Shown in pieces: positions 1-8,151 of a stretch of 64,000 nt of DNA (within the stretch, counting starts at the first letter, position 1; each line of letters opens with the position of its first letter). Below the pieces are notes generated by a model that ran no database searches, had not been told where the DNA came from, and saw only the letters and a list, made by a program, of their open reading frames with translations. A program made the translations under genes and the position numbers. This stretch comes from Clostridia bacterium (lineage in GTDB: Bacteria; Bacillota; Clostridia; Oscillospirales; Acutalibacteraceae): positions 14,350-78,349 of the forward strand of contig JAGAOS010000005.1 of NCBI GenBank assembly GCA_017623575.1. The letters are read 5' to 3'.

Positions 1-597
1 TGGAAGCAGTTTTTTAAATGCACCGAAATTGGTAAGCGACTTTGTGTTCGCCCCAGTTGGGAGGAATATGATAACAAAGATAACCGCGTTATTTTAAGTA
101 TTGACCCCGGCGCCGCCTTTGGTACAGGCACCCACGCCACAACCTCTATGTGTCTTGAGGCGCTTGAAAAGCTGGTTACCTCCGATATTACAGTGTTGGA
201 TATAGGCTCAGGTAGCGGTATACTTTCCATAGCTGCAATACTTCTTGGTGCAAAGGATGTTGTAGGTGTGGATATTGACCCCGTTGCCGTAAAGGTAGCA
301 AAGGAAAATGCCGCACTTAACGGAGTTGAAGAAAAGGCTAAATACATTTTAGGAAATCTTGATGAAGAGATAACCGACACCTATGACATTGTTGTTGCAA
401 ACATTGTTGCCGATGCCATTATAGCCCTTTCAGACTCTGCCAAAAAGCGAATGAAAAAGAATGGCTACTTTCTTTGCTCAGGTATAATTGATATAAGAGC
501 TGATGAGGTTGAAGCCGCCCTTAAACAACGCGGCTACAAAATTGTAGAAAAAATGGTTACCAATAACTGGGTTGCACTTTTAGCAAAGGCTGAATAA
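1..597 (+). CDS. prmA: Ribosomal protein L11 methyltransferase PrmA, C-terminal part (5' end lies outside the window)
   Basis: Frame 1 is open from nt 1. The translation ...GTGTHATTSMCLEALE...VLDIGSGSGILSIAA...IVVANI shows the PrmA SAM-binding GxGxG core and the family C-terminus. Confidence 0.85.
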   Translation, partial: WKQFFKCTEIGKRLCVRPSWEEYDNKDNRVILSIDPGAAFGTGTHATTSMCLEALEKLVTSDITVLDIGSGSGILSIAAILLGAKDVVGVDIDPVAVKVAKENAALNGVEEKAKYILGNLDEEITDTYDIVVANIVADAIIALSDSAKKRMKKNGYFLCSGIIDIRADEVEAALKQRGYKIVEKMVTNNWVALLAKAE

Positions 598-613
598 TTT
601 TATAGGAGTAAAT

Positions 614-1729
614 ATGATAGAATTTGATGAATTAAGATTAAAGCTTGAGGGCTTTCGCGATGAAGTAAAGGCTTTAGAGGATGCTTTAGGTCTTGAACAG
701 CTTGCAAGGGAAATTGAGGAGCTTGAAAATCAGACAACTGCACCCGGATTTTGGGATGACCAGAGCCGCTCAGGTGATATTTTAAAGCAAATAAGCACAA
801 AAAAAGGCAAGGTTCAAATGGCAGAGGATATCCGCAATCAATTTGAGGATATGCTTACCCTTATTGAAATGGCAAATGAGGAAGAAGATCTTTCCCTTTT
901 GGATGAAATAAACGAAGGTGTAAGCGAATTTGAAACCAAGCTTTCGGCCGGTACCCTTTCCACCCTGCTCACAGGCGAGTATGACAGCAAAAATGCTCTG
1001 CTCACCTTCCACGCAGGTGCGGGCGGCACAGAGGCTCAGGACTGGAACGAAATGCTTGTAAGAATGTACACCCGTTGGGGTGAGGCTCACGGCTTTAAGG
1101 TTAAAATGCTGGACTTTTTAGATGGTGAAGAGGCAGGTCTTAAAAGCGCCGTTTTACAGGTAGAGGGTCAAAACGCCTACGGTTATTTAAAGGGTGAAAC
1201 GGGCGTTCACAGACTTGTTCGAATCTCCCCCTTTGATTCATCAGGTCGCCGCCATACATCCTTTGCATCCTTAGAGGTTATGCCCGAAATTGATGACGAT
1301 GCAGATATTGACATCCGTCCCGAGGATTTAAAGGTAGACACCTACCGTTCAGGCGGCGCAGGCGGTCAGCATGTTAATAAAACCGAATCGGCAGTGCGTA
1401 TAACCCATATTCCCACAGGAATTATTGTTGCCTGCCAGAATGAGCGAAGTCAGCACCAAAATCGCGAGGTTGCTTTAAAAATGCTTAAATCCAAGCTTAT
1501 TGAGATTAAAGAGCGTGAGCATCTTGATAAAATTGAAGATATTAAGGGTGTTCAAAAGGAAATTGCCTGGGGTTCGCAAATTCGCTCATATGTATTTATG
1601 CCCTACACCCTTGCCAAGGACCACCGTACCAATTTTGAAAACGGCAATATAAGCGCCGTTATGGATGGCGACCTTGACGGATTTATAAACGCGTATCTCA
1701 AGGCATTATCCTTGGGAGAAATTAAATAA
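614..1729 (+). CDS. prfB: Peptide chain release factor 2
   Basis: AGGAG RBS upstream of the ATG. Contains SPFDSSGRRHTSF (the SPF tripeptide region), the GGQ motif (RSGGAGGQHVNKTESAVRITHIPTG) and GWGSQIRSYV. The ORF is continuous and needs no frameshift. Confidence 0.95.
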   Translation: MIEFDELRLKLEGFRDEVKALEDALGLEQLAREIEELENQTTAPGFWDDQSRSGDILKQISTKKGKVQMAEDIRNQFEDMLTLIEMANEEEDLSLLDEINEGVSEFETKLSAGTLSTLLTGEYDSKNALLTFHAGAGGTEAQDWNEMLVRMYTRWGEAHGFKVKMLDFLDGEEAGLKSAVLQVEGQNAYGYLKGETGVHRLVRISPFDSSGRRHTSFASLEVMPEIDDDADIDIRPEDLKVDTYRSGGAGGQHVNKTESAVRITHIPTGIIVACQNERSQHQNREVALKMLKSKLIEIKEREHLDKIEDIKGVQKEIAWGSQIRSYVFMPYTLAKDHRTNFENGNISAVMDGDLDGFINAYLKALSLGEIK

Positions 1730-1746
1730 TAAGGCGGTGCAGATAT

Positions 1747-2538
1747 TTGAAAAATCTTAAAGTTTTTATATTTTCAGCCTTTGCCCTTGTTTCAGCGGTA
1801 GCATTGCGTACAATTCAGCTTTTGTTTTTTACCGATTCCAAAACAGGCTTTTACAAAGAGGGCTTAGAGGTGGTTGGCACCACCCTTATGGTGATTTTGG
1901 TTGCCGTAATTGCCATTGCTTCACTGCTTATTTTTCTTTTTGAAAAGAAAAAGGTTAATCCCGCGCCATCATCCTCTGCCCTGCTTGGATGTGCCGCGCT
2001 TTTTGCGGGAATTGCCAATTTTGCCGAACCGTTTTTGGGTGAAGTTTCACTATCTTCAGTACCACCCACCCTGTTGGGTCTAAGAATGGTTTTGATATTT
2101 GCATCGGGCGCGGTGCTTTGCTGGTTTGGTATTGCAATATTGTTTGATGCCAGGCTTCATCCCGCACTTAGCATAGTTCTTATTGTTACCTGGGTTGTAA
2201 GGCTTATGTCATCCTTTATATGCTTTACCAGAATGTCTAATATATCTGAAAATCTTTATGATGTATTAATGCTTATTTCAACCCTTGTTTTTATGCTTAT
2301 ATTCGGCAAGGCAATTTGCGGATTTTCTACTTCCGAAACCAACCGAAAGCTGATTGCGTCGGGCATTGCGGCAGTGCTTTTTACTGCGGCATCCTCTATT
2401 CCCTGCATAATTGCTTATTTAACAAGCGACTTTGCCTTTATTCATATTCCCGTTGACAGTCCGATTACAGGCTTGTTTACCGCATTTTTCATTGCCGTTT
2501 ACCTTATTGATATTTGTAAAAATAAAGCAGAAGAATAA
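1747..2538 (+). CDS. Hypothetical polytopic membrane protein
   Basis: 263-aa ORF with a TTG start and multiple hydrophobic segments. I recognise no family, and the start codon is uncertain. Confidence 0.55.
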   Translation: MKNLKVFIFSAFALVSAVALRTIQLLFFTDSKTGFYKEGLEVVGTTLMVILVAVIAIASLLIFLFEKKKVNPAPSSSALLGCAALFAGIANFAEPFLGEVSLSSVPPTLLGLRMVLIFASGAVLCWFGIAILFDARLHPALSIVLIVTWVVRLMSSFICFTRMSNISENLYDVLMLISTLVFMLIFGKAICGFSTSETNRKLIASGIAAVLFTAASSIPCIIAYLTSDFAFIHIPVDSPITGLFTAFFIAVYLIDICKNKAEE

Positions 2539-2547
2539 ATAACAAAC

Positions 2548-2590
2548 AAAAAGGCGGTAGCTGCAATTTTGCAGCTACCGCCTTTTTTTA
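2548..2590. terminator. Bidirectional intrinsic terminator between convergent genes
   Basis: Perfect 12-bp GC-rich stem ggcggtagctgc / gcagctaccgcc with loop aatttt. An A-run lies on one side and a T-run (ttttttt) on the other. Confidence 0.8.
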
Positions 2591-2594
2591 TGCC

Positions 2595-4094
2595 TTATTC
2601 AGGTTTTTCTGTTGTATAAACAACCATTGTATTAGATTTTACCATATCGGTAAGAAGGGTATCTACATTCTCCACACTTCCGCTACAGCCTATTAAATCT
2701 GCGCCGGGTGTAACCGTAACAGTTTCCGGGTCATACACATATTTATAAAAGGTTTTGCCGCCAAGACCCTTTGCAAAATCAATTTTTACGGTTTGGTCAT
2801 CCTTATTATAGCTTGTAACCACAACGGTATATTCGCCGTCGGTTCGTTTAATGGCAGAAAGATAAACCGAATCCCCTACCTTACACTCATAAACCTCACC
2901 TGCGCCTACATAGCGGGAGATAAGTGCTGCCGAATACCAAGATGGGGTGGGCTGCATTTTTTCTAACAGGTTATGATAGTATCCACATACAAGCACGCCC
3001 TTATCAAAACCACCATCATTATTGTGGTCGGGCCATTGCTGGTCAAAAAGGGTCCATAGCATCAGGTTAGATGTGTAACCCATATTCATTATGGAATTTA
3101 CCATTGCACCCAAAGCAATACCCTTATATGGATCCAGATTGGTTTCACGCTTTTGGCTGGAAAGGTACTGATTATGCATTGCTACATTATATTCATCCAC
3201 CCAAAAATCCTTATGGATAGCCTTTGCCCTTTGAAGAGGGTCTGAAAGCTTTGTGGGAGGAAGGGCATAATAATCGTCATCTCTATAATTCCAGTTGCGG
3301 TCATAACCGTTGTGGGAGCCTATAATATCTACCTTATCGGCAAGATGCTCACAACAGTATTTTACTAAAATTGAGTACGGCTCACTACCGTCATCGGCGC
3401 GCCAGTTATCGCAAGGGGCAACAATTTTATAATCCTCTCGTTTGCCTGCCGCTTTAAGACCGTTATCCACCGCCTCAATAAATCTTCTGAAAATTGGTAC
3501 AAGCTTTAAATAATCTCTTTTAAGCAAACTTGAAAGACCAAGCTGCTTTCCAAGCTCCTTATTTGCGCCATTAAAGGTGTTGTTGCACTCGGTAAAGCAG
3601 TAAAAATATTTTATGTTGTGGATTCCGTGAGCCTCAAACGCCTTTACCGAAAGCTCTATAAACTTTTCAAAATTCTTTGCTGTGGCTTCAATATCATTTT
3701 CCACTGTATCATAAAATCTGCCGATATTAATGGTGTTGGGAGCTTCCCCCTCTATTGGAGGTACTAAAAATCCTTTGAACTGCCACTGGGGAGTAATACC
3801 TATTTCAATACCCATTTCTTGAAATTCCAAACAGCTTTTATAAAAGGCTTGCATATGGGGAGATTCAAAATCGTATTCCTTTTTTACATTGTCCCAGCAA
3901 AGAGATGAACCGTAAAAGCTGCGTATATTTTTAACACGCATTTTTTTAAAGATTTCATACTCCAGCTCAATCATTTCGGGGGTGAGTTCTCTGCCTAGAT
4001 TATCGGGCATATATTCATACATCTGATGAACAAAGTTAAAGCCTTTAAAATTTTCAGTTACAACATTATAGTTGTTTACATACAGTTTTTGCAT
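2595..4094 (-). CDS. Glycoside-hydrolase-like TIM-barrel protein, paralog A (family not recognised, cytoplasmic)
   Basis: 499 aa with no signal peptide. Shares the blocks FTECNN, CDNWRADDGSEP, DIIGSHNGYDR, WVDEYN and GAMVNSIMNMG with 6352..7848 and 8152..9918. Candidate catalytic Glu residues sit in ECNN and DEYN (inference). Confidence 0.6.
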   Translation of the reverse strand: MQKLYVNNYNVVTENFKGFNFVHQMYEYMPDNLGRELTPEMIELEYEIFKKMRVKNIRSFYGSSLCWDNVKKEYDFESPHMQAFYKSCLEFQEMGIEIGITPQWQFKGFLVPPIEGEAPNTINIGRFYDTVENDIEATAKNFEKFIELSVKAFEAHGIHNIKYFYCFTECNNTFNGANKELGKQLGLSSLLKRDYLKLVPIFRRFIEAVDNGLKAAGKREDYKIVAPCDNWRADDGSEPYSILVKYCCEHLADKVDIIGSHNGYDRNWNYRDDDYYALPPTKLSDPLQRAKAIHKDFWVDEYNVAMHNQYLSSQKRETNLDPYKGIALGAMVNSIMNMGYTSNLMLWTLFDQQWPDHNNDGGFDKGVLVCGYYHNLLEKMQPTPSWYSAALISRYVGAGEVYECKVGDSVYLSAIKRTDGEYTVVVTSYNKDDQTVKIDFAKGLGGKTFYKYVYDPETVTVTPGADLIGCSGSVENVDTLLTDMVKSNTMVVYTTEKPE

Positions 4095-4110
4095 AATTAT
4101 TACCTCTTTT

Positions 4111-4160
4111 TATTTAAGCACACCGTAACACCAGTGCATTTTTTTGCCGCTGAGGGCTCT
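4111..4160. repeat. 50-bp direct repeat copy A: an orphan copy of the 3' end of gene 5192..6343
   Basis: tatttAagcacaccgtaacaccagtgcatttttttgccgctgagggctct matches 5193..5242 with one mismatch. On the minus strand it encodes ...RALSGKKMHWCYGVLK-stop and runs directly into the RBS of 2595..4094. Confidence 0.9.
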
Positions 4161-4209
4161 CTTTAGCATATTTTACGGGAATATTTTTCAATAACTTAAT
4201 GTTTTAACA

Positions 4210-4473
4210 TTATTTATCATGCTCTGCTTTGATTCTTTCGTTAGTTCGTGCATCCATTTGCGGTATAATAATCATATCACTTTCATGAACACTTAAAGTG
4301 GCAATATCAGGCTTTGCTCCATATTGAGGCAAATTAACGAGCCAGTATCCATTAACACAGTCATCAAGGCAGATCCATCCCTGCATTCCTTTGTAAACGC
4401 CTCGACTCATATAGCGTTCTTTGTCTACAATAATTTCAACTATATCCATTTCTTTCATATTAATCATCCGCAT
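4210..4473 (-). CDS. Small putative immunity/antitoxin protein (DUF4926-like, recalled from memory)
   Basis: 87-aa ORF that overlaps the end of the upstream toxin-like ORF by 14 nt, which suggests translational coupling. Small acidic protein in the position expected for an immunity gene. Confidence 0.45.
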   Translation of the reverse strand: MRMINMKEMDIVEIIVDKERYMSRGVYKGMQGWICLDDCVNGYWLVNLPQYGAKPDIATLSVHESDMIIIPQMDARTNERIKAEHDK

Positions 4474-5017
4474 ACGGTGTTATAAGTTGAATTTTACCAT
4501 TTGGATAAACCATCCATCCGGTGGTAAATGTAGCTTCACCGCTTTTATCCCTTCTTGGTATTTTTATAATAATATTGATTCTTTGACCGTTGTAATCCAA
4601 CCAATTCAGCTTATACTGCCCTGCAACATATTTTTCTAATCCTTGCCGTTCGATTTCAGTTTTTAGCCATTGTGAATCCTCTATTGTATATCCCCATAAA
4701 TTAAATAATTTATCTTTTCCGTGTTTGTATTCATTTTTTGGATCGAAAAGGTAAGGATTATACTTGCTATATGTACTGTTCGCAGTTGCTTGTTTTTGTA
4801 TAGTTAGGAACGACTTTGGTAATGTTGTACAATGGCAGTATTTGTGTTGAGGAAGTGCGGGCATATCCGACTTACTAAACCAACATTTATCTAGTCTAAG
4901 ACATGTAGGACAATGTGTTTTTCCCATAGTGATATGCTTCCATTCCACCCAAGGCTGAATAGCATCAGAAGACATTTTCCTAAATTTATTACTATAATTA
5001 TAATCATTTATTGACAT
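4460..5017 (-). CDS. Putative toxin: MuF C-terminal-like Cys/His motif fused to a DUF6883-like domain
   Basis: HCPTCLRLDKCWF...LPQHKYCHCTTLP resembles the CxxC...PxHxxCxC end of phage Mu F / SPP1 gp7 proteins. The C-terminal half (YKHGKDKLFNLWGY...TTGWMVYPNGKIQLITPY) resembles DUF6883-type toxin domains. Both assignments are from memory. Confidence 0.5.
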   Translation of the reverse strand: MSINDYNYSNKFRKMSSDAIQPWVEWKHITMGKTHCPTCLRLDKCWFSKSDMPALPQHKYCHCTTLPKSFLTIQKQATANSTYSKYNPYLFDPKNEYKHGKDKLFNLWGYTIEDSQWLKTEIERQGLEKYVAGQYKLNWLDYNGQRINIIIKIPRRDKSGEATFTTGWMVYPNGKIQLITPYADD

Positions 5018-5064
5018 TTATCAATAAATACCCTCCTTTTTCTTTTAAACGTACGTTTGTTTGA

Positions 5065-5093
5065 ATTATACTATATATAAGCATTTTTGTCCC
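5065..5093 (-). promoter_or_regulatory. Candidate sigma-A promoter of the toxin/immunity cassette
   Basis: On the minus strand the sequence reads GGGACA, a 17-nt spacer, then TATAAT, about 50 nt upstream of the 4460..5017 start. Confidence 0.45.
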
Positions 5094-5191
5094 CCCACTA
5101 ATTAAGAGTTGGACACATTTCAATAAAAACGAACATTTAAAAATTTAAGGAAGTTTTAGTGTTATTAAATATTGTTCTATAATTTATCTAT

Positions 5192-6343
5192 TTATTTCAG
5201 CACACCGTAACACCAGTGCATTTTTTTGCCGCTGAGGGCTCTTTCCAGCACCTTTTTTTGAAAATCATTTTCGGGGCGAAGCTCGGTTAAGGGTTTGAAG
5301 GCAGTTTTAAAAATATGCTCAAAAATCGGACCGTTATAGCTGTCGTTGACAGTAACCTTATCAAAAAGGTCGGCAAATTTTTCCATATTACCACCCTTTT
5401 TAATAATGCCATCATCCACCAAAACGGGGTCAATAAACCATGTGTGACAAACAAAGGCCTTGCAGTATGGAAAGTGCCTGCCAAAAACATTTCTTGCATA
5501 TGCAAGAGATTCGGCAACCGCCCCTTCATCCAATCTGCCGCCCTCGGGGATGTGAATACTTATAACAAAATCCTCTTTGGATAAAAACAGCTTGAATTTT
5601 GTTAAATCTATATTAGTTACCTCTTTTTCAAGGCGACCGTAAGACCCAAATTTCTGCGCCTTTAAAATATTTCCCGATTTTTCATAAATGGCGGGACTGC
5701 CTTCCTTAAAGTCTGAATCGCCATCGGCATTAAAAAGACCCTCGGCGCTTGCTACAAAAATACGGTTTCCGTTATCATCTGCGTAACATTCCACCTGTTT
5801 TTCAAACCTTGCAACCTCAAAAGCAAGTCTGCCAAGGCGCAGGAAAAATGGTTTTGAATATCCGTATAAATAGCCGTTTAGTCGCTGCATACCCAAAACG
5901 CCGGGATTACCGCCGTTAAGCTCTAAAAAATAGCGATAGCGGGTATAGTAGCCCTCTATAATATCCTCACCAAGGCCCTTTTCCTTAACCCATTTTTTAA
6001 GATTTTCTACTGCTAAAAGATAAACCGCCGCCCCAATTCCACCGGGGAATTTTTCCTCAGCAGCTTGGGGTTTATGCCATCTATCAATACTGTAATAATC
6101 AAAGATTATATCTTCATCGCTTTCAAACTGAACATAATATAAAAGCCATATAAAATGCAACAGTTCTTCATCGGCATAATCTAAAAATCGGGACAGATAT
6201 TCAAAATTCCGAGCAGGAACGGCGGCCTCATTTGCAAGCCTTAAAATGTTTTCTTTACTTACAAAGGCTTTTGGGAATGAGTTCCTTGCCGCCTGCTCAT
6301 ACTTTTCAAAAAGTTTATTTTCAATATTATAATGCTTCAGCAT
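5192..6343 (-). CDS. Conserved hypothetical protein, possibly acyltransferase-like (NAT_N/GNAT_C-type, low certainty)
   Basis: 383-aa ORF that starts 8 nt after the upstream GH-like gene. The motif SIHIPEGGRLDEGAVAESLAYARNVF...FVCHTWF recalls the GNAT-like C-terminal domain family (from memory). Confidence 0.45.
   Translation of the reverse strand: MLKHYNIENKLFEKYEQAARNSFPKAFVSKENILRLANEAAVPARNFEYLSRFLDYADEELLHFIWLLYYVQFESDEDIIFDYYSIDRWHKPQAAEEKFPGGIGAAVYLLAVENLKKWVKEKGLGEDIIEGYYTRYRYFLELNGGNPGVLGMQRLNGYLYGYSKPFFLRLGRLAFEVARFEKQVECYADDNGNRIFVASAEGLFNADGDSDFKEGSPAIYEKSGNILKAQKFGSYGRLEKEVTNIDLTKFKLFLSKEDFVISIHIPEGGRLDEGAVAESLAYARNVFGRHFPYCKAFVCHTWFIDPVLVDDGIIKKGGNMEKFADLFDKVTVNDSYNGPIFEHIFKTAFKPLTELRPENDFQKKVLERALSGKKMHWCYGVLK
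5193..5242. repeat. 50-bp direct repeat copy B: the functional 3' end of gene 5192..6343
   Basis: Matches 4111..4160 at 49 of 50 positions. Confidence 0.9.
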
Positions 6344-6351
6344 AATTAACC

Positions 6352-7848
6352 TTATTCCGGCTTTTCGGTGGTGTAAATTACCATTGCATAGCCGGGAAGT
6401 TTGTCGGTGATTTTTGTTTCAATATCCCCTACCGCACCGCTGCAGCCAATCATTTCATTACCCGGCTTGGGCTCTACGGTTTTGGGGTCATAGATATATT
6501 TATAGAAGGTCTTGCCTCCAAAGGACTCCTCAAAATCAATCTCAATATCGGTTGGCTCATCAATATAGTTAGTAATAACCAAAGTGGTTTCACCATCGGT
6601 GCGCTTTAATGCAGAAATGTAGGTGCCCTTTGTAACCTGACTTTCATAAACCTCACCGTCCTGCAGATAGCGGGTAATAAGAGAAAGGGAATACCACGAT
6701 GCATAAGGAGTGGTAGAACGCATAAGGCAGGGAATGTAGCCTACCATCTGAACACCGTCATCAAACTCGCCTGCATTTGTGTGGTCGGGCCACTGCTGGT
6801 CATAAAGACCCCATAAAAATACATTATCTGCACCCATATTCATAATGGAGTTTACCATTGCGCCAAGGGCAACGCCCTTCATTGGGTCAGGGTTAACAAC
6901 CTTGTACTTATCGGCGGTATAGCAACCGTGAATCATAACATTGTATTCATCAATCCAAAGACCTTTTTGAACCTTCTGAGCACGACCAAGAGGCTCGGGC
7001 ATACGGATAAAGGGAATATCATAATAGGTATCATCAGTAAAGGCAAAAGAACGGTCATAGCCGTTGTGGGAGCCTATAATATCTACCTTATCGGCAAGGT
7101 TATCACAACAATATTTGGTAAGAATGGAAAATGGCTCACTACCGTCATCGGCACGCCAGTTGTCACAAGGAGCAACAATTTTGTATTTGTCACGCTTGCC
7201 TGCCGCAACCAAGCCGTTATGAACGGCGGTAATAAAGCGGTCAAAAATGGGAAGCAGTCTTGTATAATCCCTTCTTACAACCGAAAGATATTTCTTTTCT
7301 GCCTTAAGCTCTTTATCGCGGCCGTTAAATGAATTATTGCACTCGGTAAATGCAAAAAGGTACTTTATGTTATCTAATCCCTGCTTTTCAAATTCCTTTA
7401 CAGAAAGCTCTATGAATTTTTCAAAATTCTTTGCTGTAGCTTCAACATCATCTGCTACACTGTCACCAAAGCGAACAATATTAACAGAATTATTAATATG
7501 ACCTTCAATTGGCGGGTCTAAAAGACCTCTCATACTCCATTGGGGAGTAATACCAACCTCAACACCTATCTCCTTAAAGCGTTTACAAGCCTTAATAAAG
7601 CCCTGCATATGGGGGGTATTAAAATTGTACTCCTTTTTCTCATTATCCCAAGCAAGGGATGCGCCATAGAAGGAGCGAATCATTTTAACACGCATTTTTT
7701 TAATGGTGTCAAACTCTAAATCCAGCTGTTCGGCATTATAAATACGGTCAAATTTATCGGGCATATATTCATACATCTGATGAATCATATTAATGCCCTT
7801 GAAGTTAGGATTGATTACATTTTTGTTGTTTACATAAAGCTTTTGCAT
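6352..7848 (-). CDS. Glycoside-hydrolase-like TIM-barrel protein, paralog B (cytoplasmic)
   Basis: I take the start as the ATG at 7848 (MQKLYVNN, as in paralog A), preceded by AAGGAG. The longer 556-aa ORF in the track runs through a repeat element. It has the same conserved blocks as paralog A. Confidence 0.6.
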   Translation of the reverse strand: MQKLYVNNKNVINPNFKGINMIHQMYEYMPDKFDRIYNAEQLDLEFDTIKKMRVKMIRSFYGASLAWDNEKKEYNFNTPHMQGFIKACKRFKEIGVEVGITPQWSMRGLLDPPIEGHINNSVNIVRFGDSVADDVEATAKNFEKFIELSVKEFEKQGLDNIKYLFAFTECNNSFNGRDKELKAEKKYLSVVRRDYTRLLPIFDRFITAVHNGLVAAGKRDKYKIVAPCDNWRADDGSEPFSILTKYCCDNLADKVDIIGSHNGYDRSFAFTDDTYYDIPFIRMPEPLGRAQKVQKGLWIDEYNVMIHGCYTADKYKVVNPDPMKGVALGAMVNSIMNMGADNVFLWGLYDQQWPDHTNAGEFDDGVQMVGYIPCLMRSTTPYASWYSLSLITRYLQDGEVYESQVTKGTYISALKRTDGETTLVITNYIDEPTDIEIDFEESFGGKTFYKYIYDPKTVEPKPGNEMIGCSGAVGDIETKITDKLPGYAMVIYTTEKPE

Positions 7849-7887
7849 AGTTATTGCTCCTTTTGGGATTTGTTTTATCATATCACA

Positions 7888-8028
7888 GATAAATTGGCAA
7901 TTTACACCGTAGGGAATGACCTGCGTGTCATTCCGTAAAAAATATAAATTGCGGTATTTATACGGAACAACACATAGGTTGTTCCCTACGGTTTGAAATG
8001 CCGACGGCATTTCAAACCACAATTTATC
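7888..8028. repeat. Composite GATAAATT-bounded hairpin element (copy D)
   Basis: Bounded by gataaattg ... caatttatc. Internal hairpins are ggaatgac/gtcattcc, ggaacaac/gttgttcc and ggtttgaaatgcc/ggcatttcaaacc. Read in reverse, its right end gataaattgtggtttgaa equals the left end of copy E at 15180. Confidence 0.7.
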
Positions 8029-8030
8029 GG

Positions 8031-8077
8031 TCTAGGCATCTAGTATCCAGTATCTAGTATCCAGCATCTAGCATCTT
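8031..8077. repeat. Three tandem 14-bp repeats of approximate unit catctagtatccag
   Basis: Reads tctagg catctagtatccag tatctagtatccag catctagcatctt, in the intergenic region between GH-like paralogs C and B. Confidence 0.7.
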
Positions 8078-8151
8078 AAAAAGGCGTCACCAAACAAAAG
8101 CATATAGCTTTGCTTGGCAACACCTCTTTTCAAATGAACATTACTTAATTT

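Noticed and set aside
614-760. Programmed +1 frameshift site expected in many prfB genes
   Set aside because: The RF2 ORF is continuous from its ATG. No in-frame UGA or CUU UGA-type shift site appears in the first about 30 codons, so this copy does not use frameshift autoregulation.
4207-4216. ttatttatc near the left side of the toxin cassette as a second GATAAATT-type terminal repeat
   Set aside because: It has one mismatch, is in the same orientation as the right-end motif rather than inverted, and overlaps the stop codon of the 87-aa ORF. It is not convincing as an element terminus.
7849-8022. N-terminal 58-codon extension of the 556-aa ORF for GH-like paralog B
   Set aside because: The extension runs through repeat element D, has no RBS and has no counterpart in paralog A. 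The internal ATG at 7848 (MQKLYVNN) has an AAGGAG RBS and matches the paralog A start.
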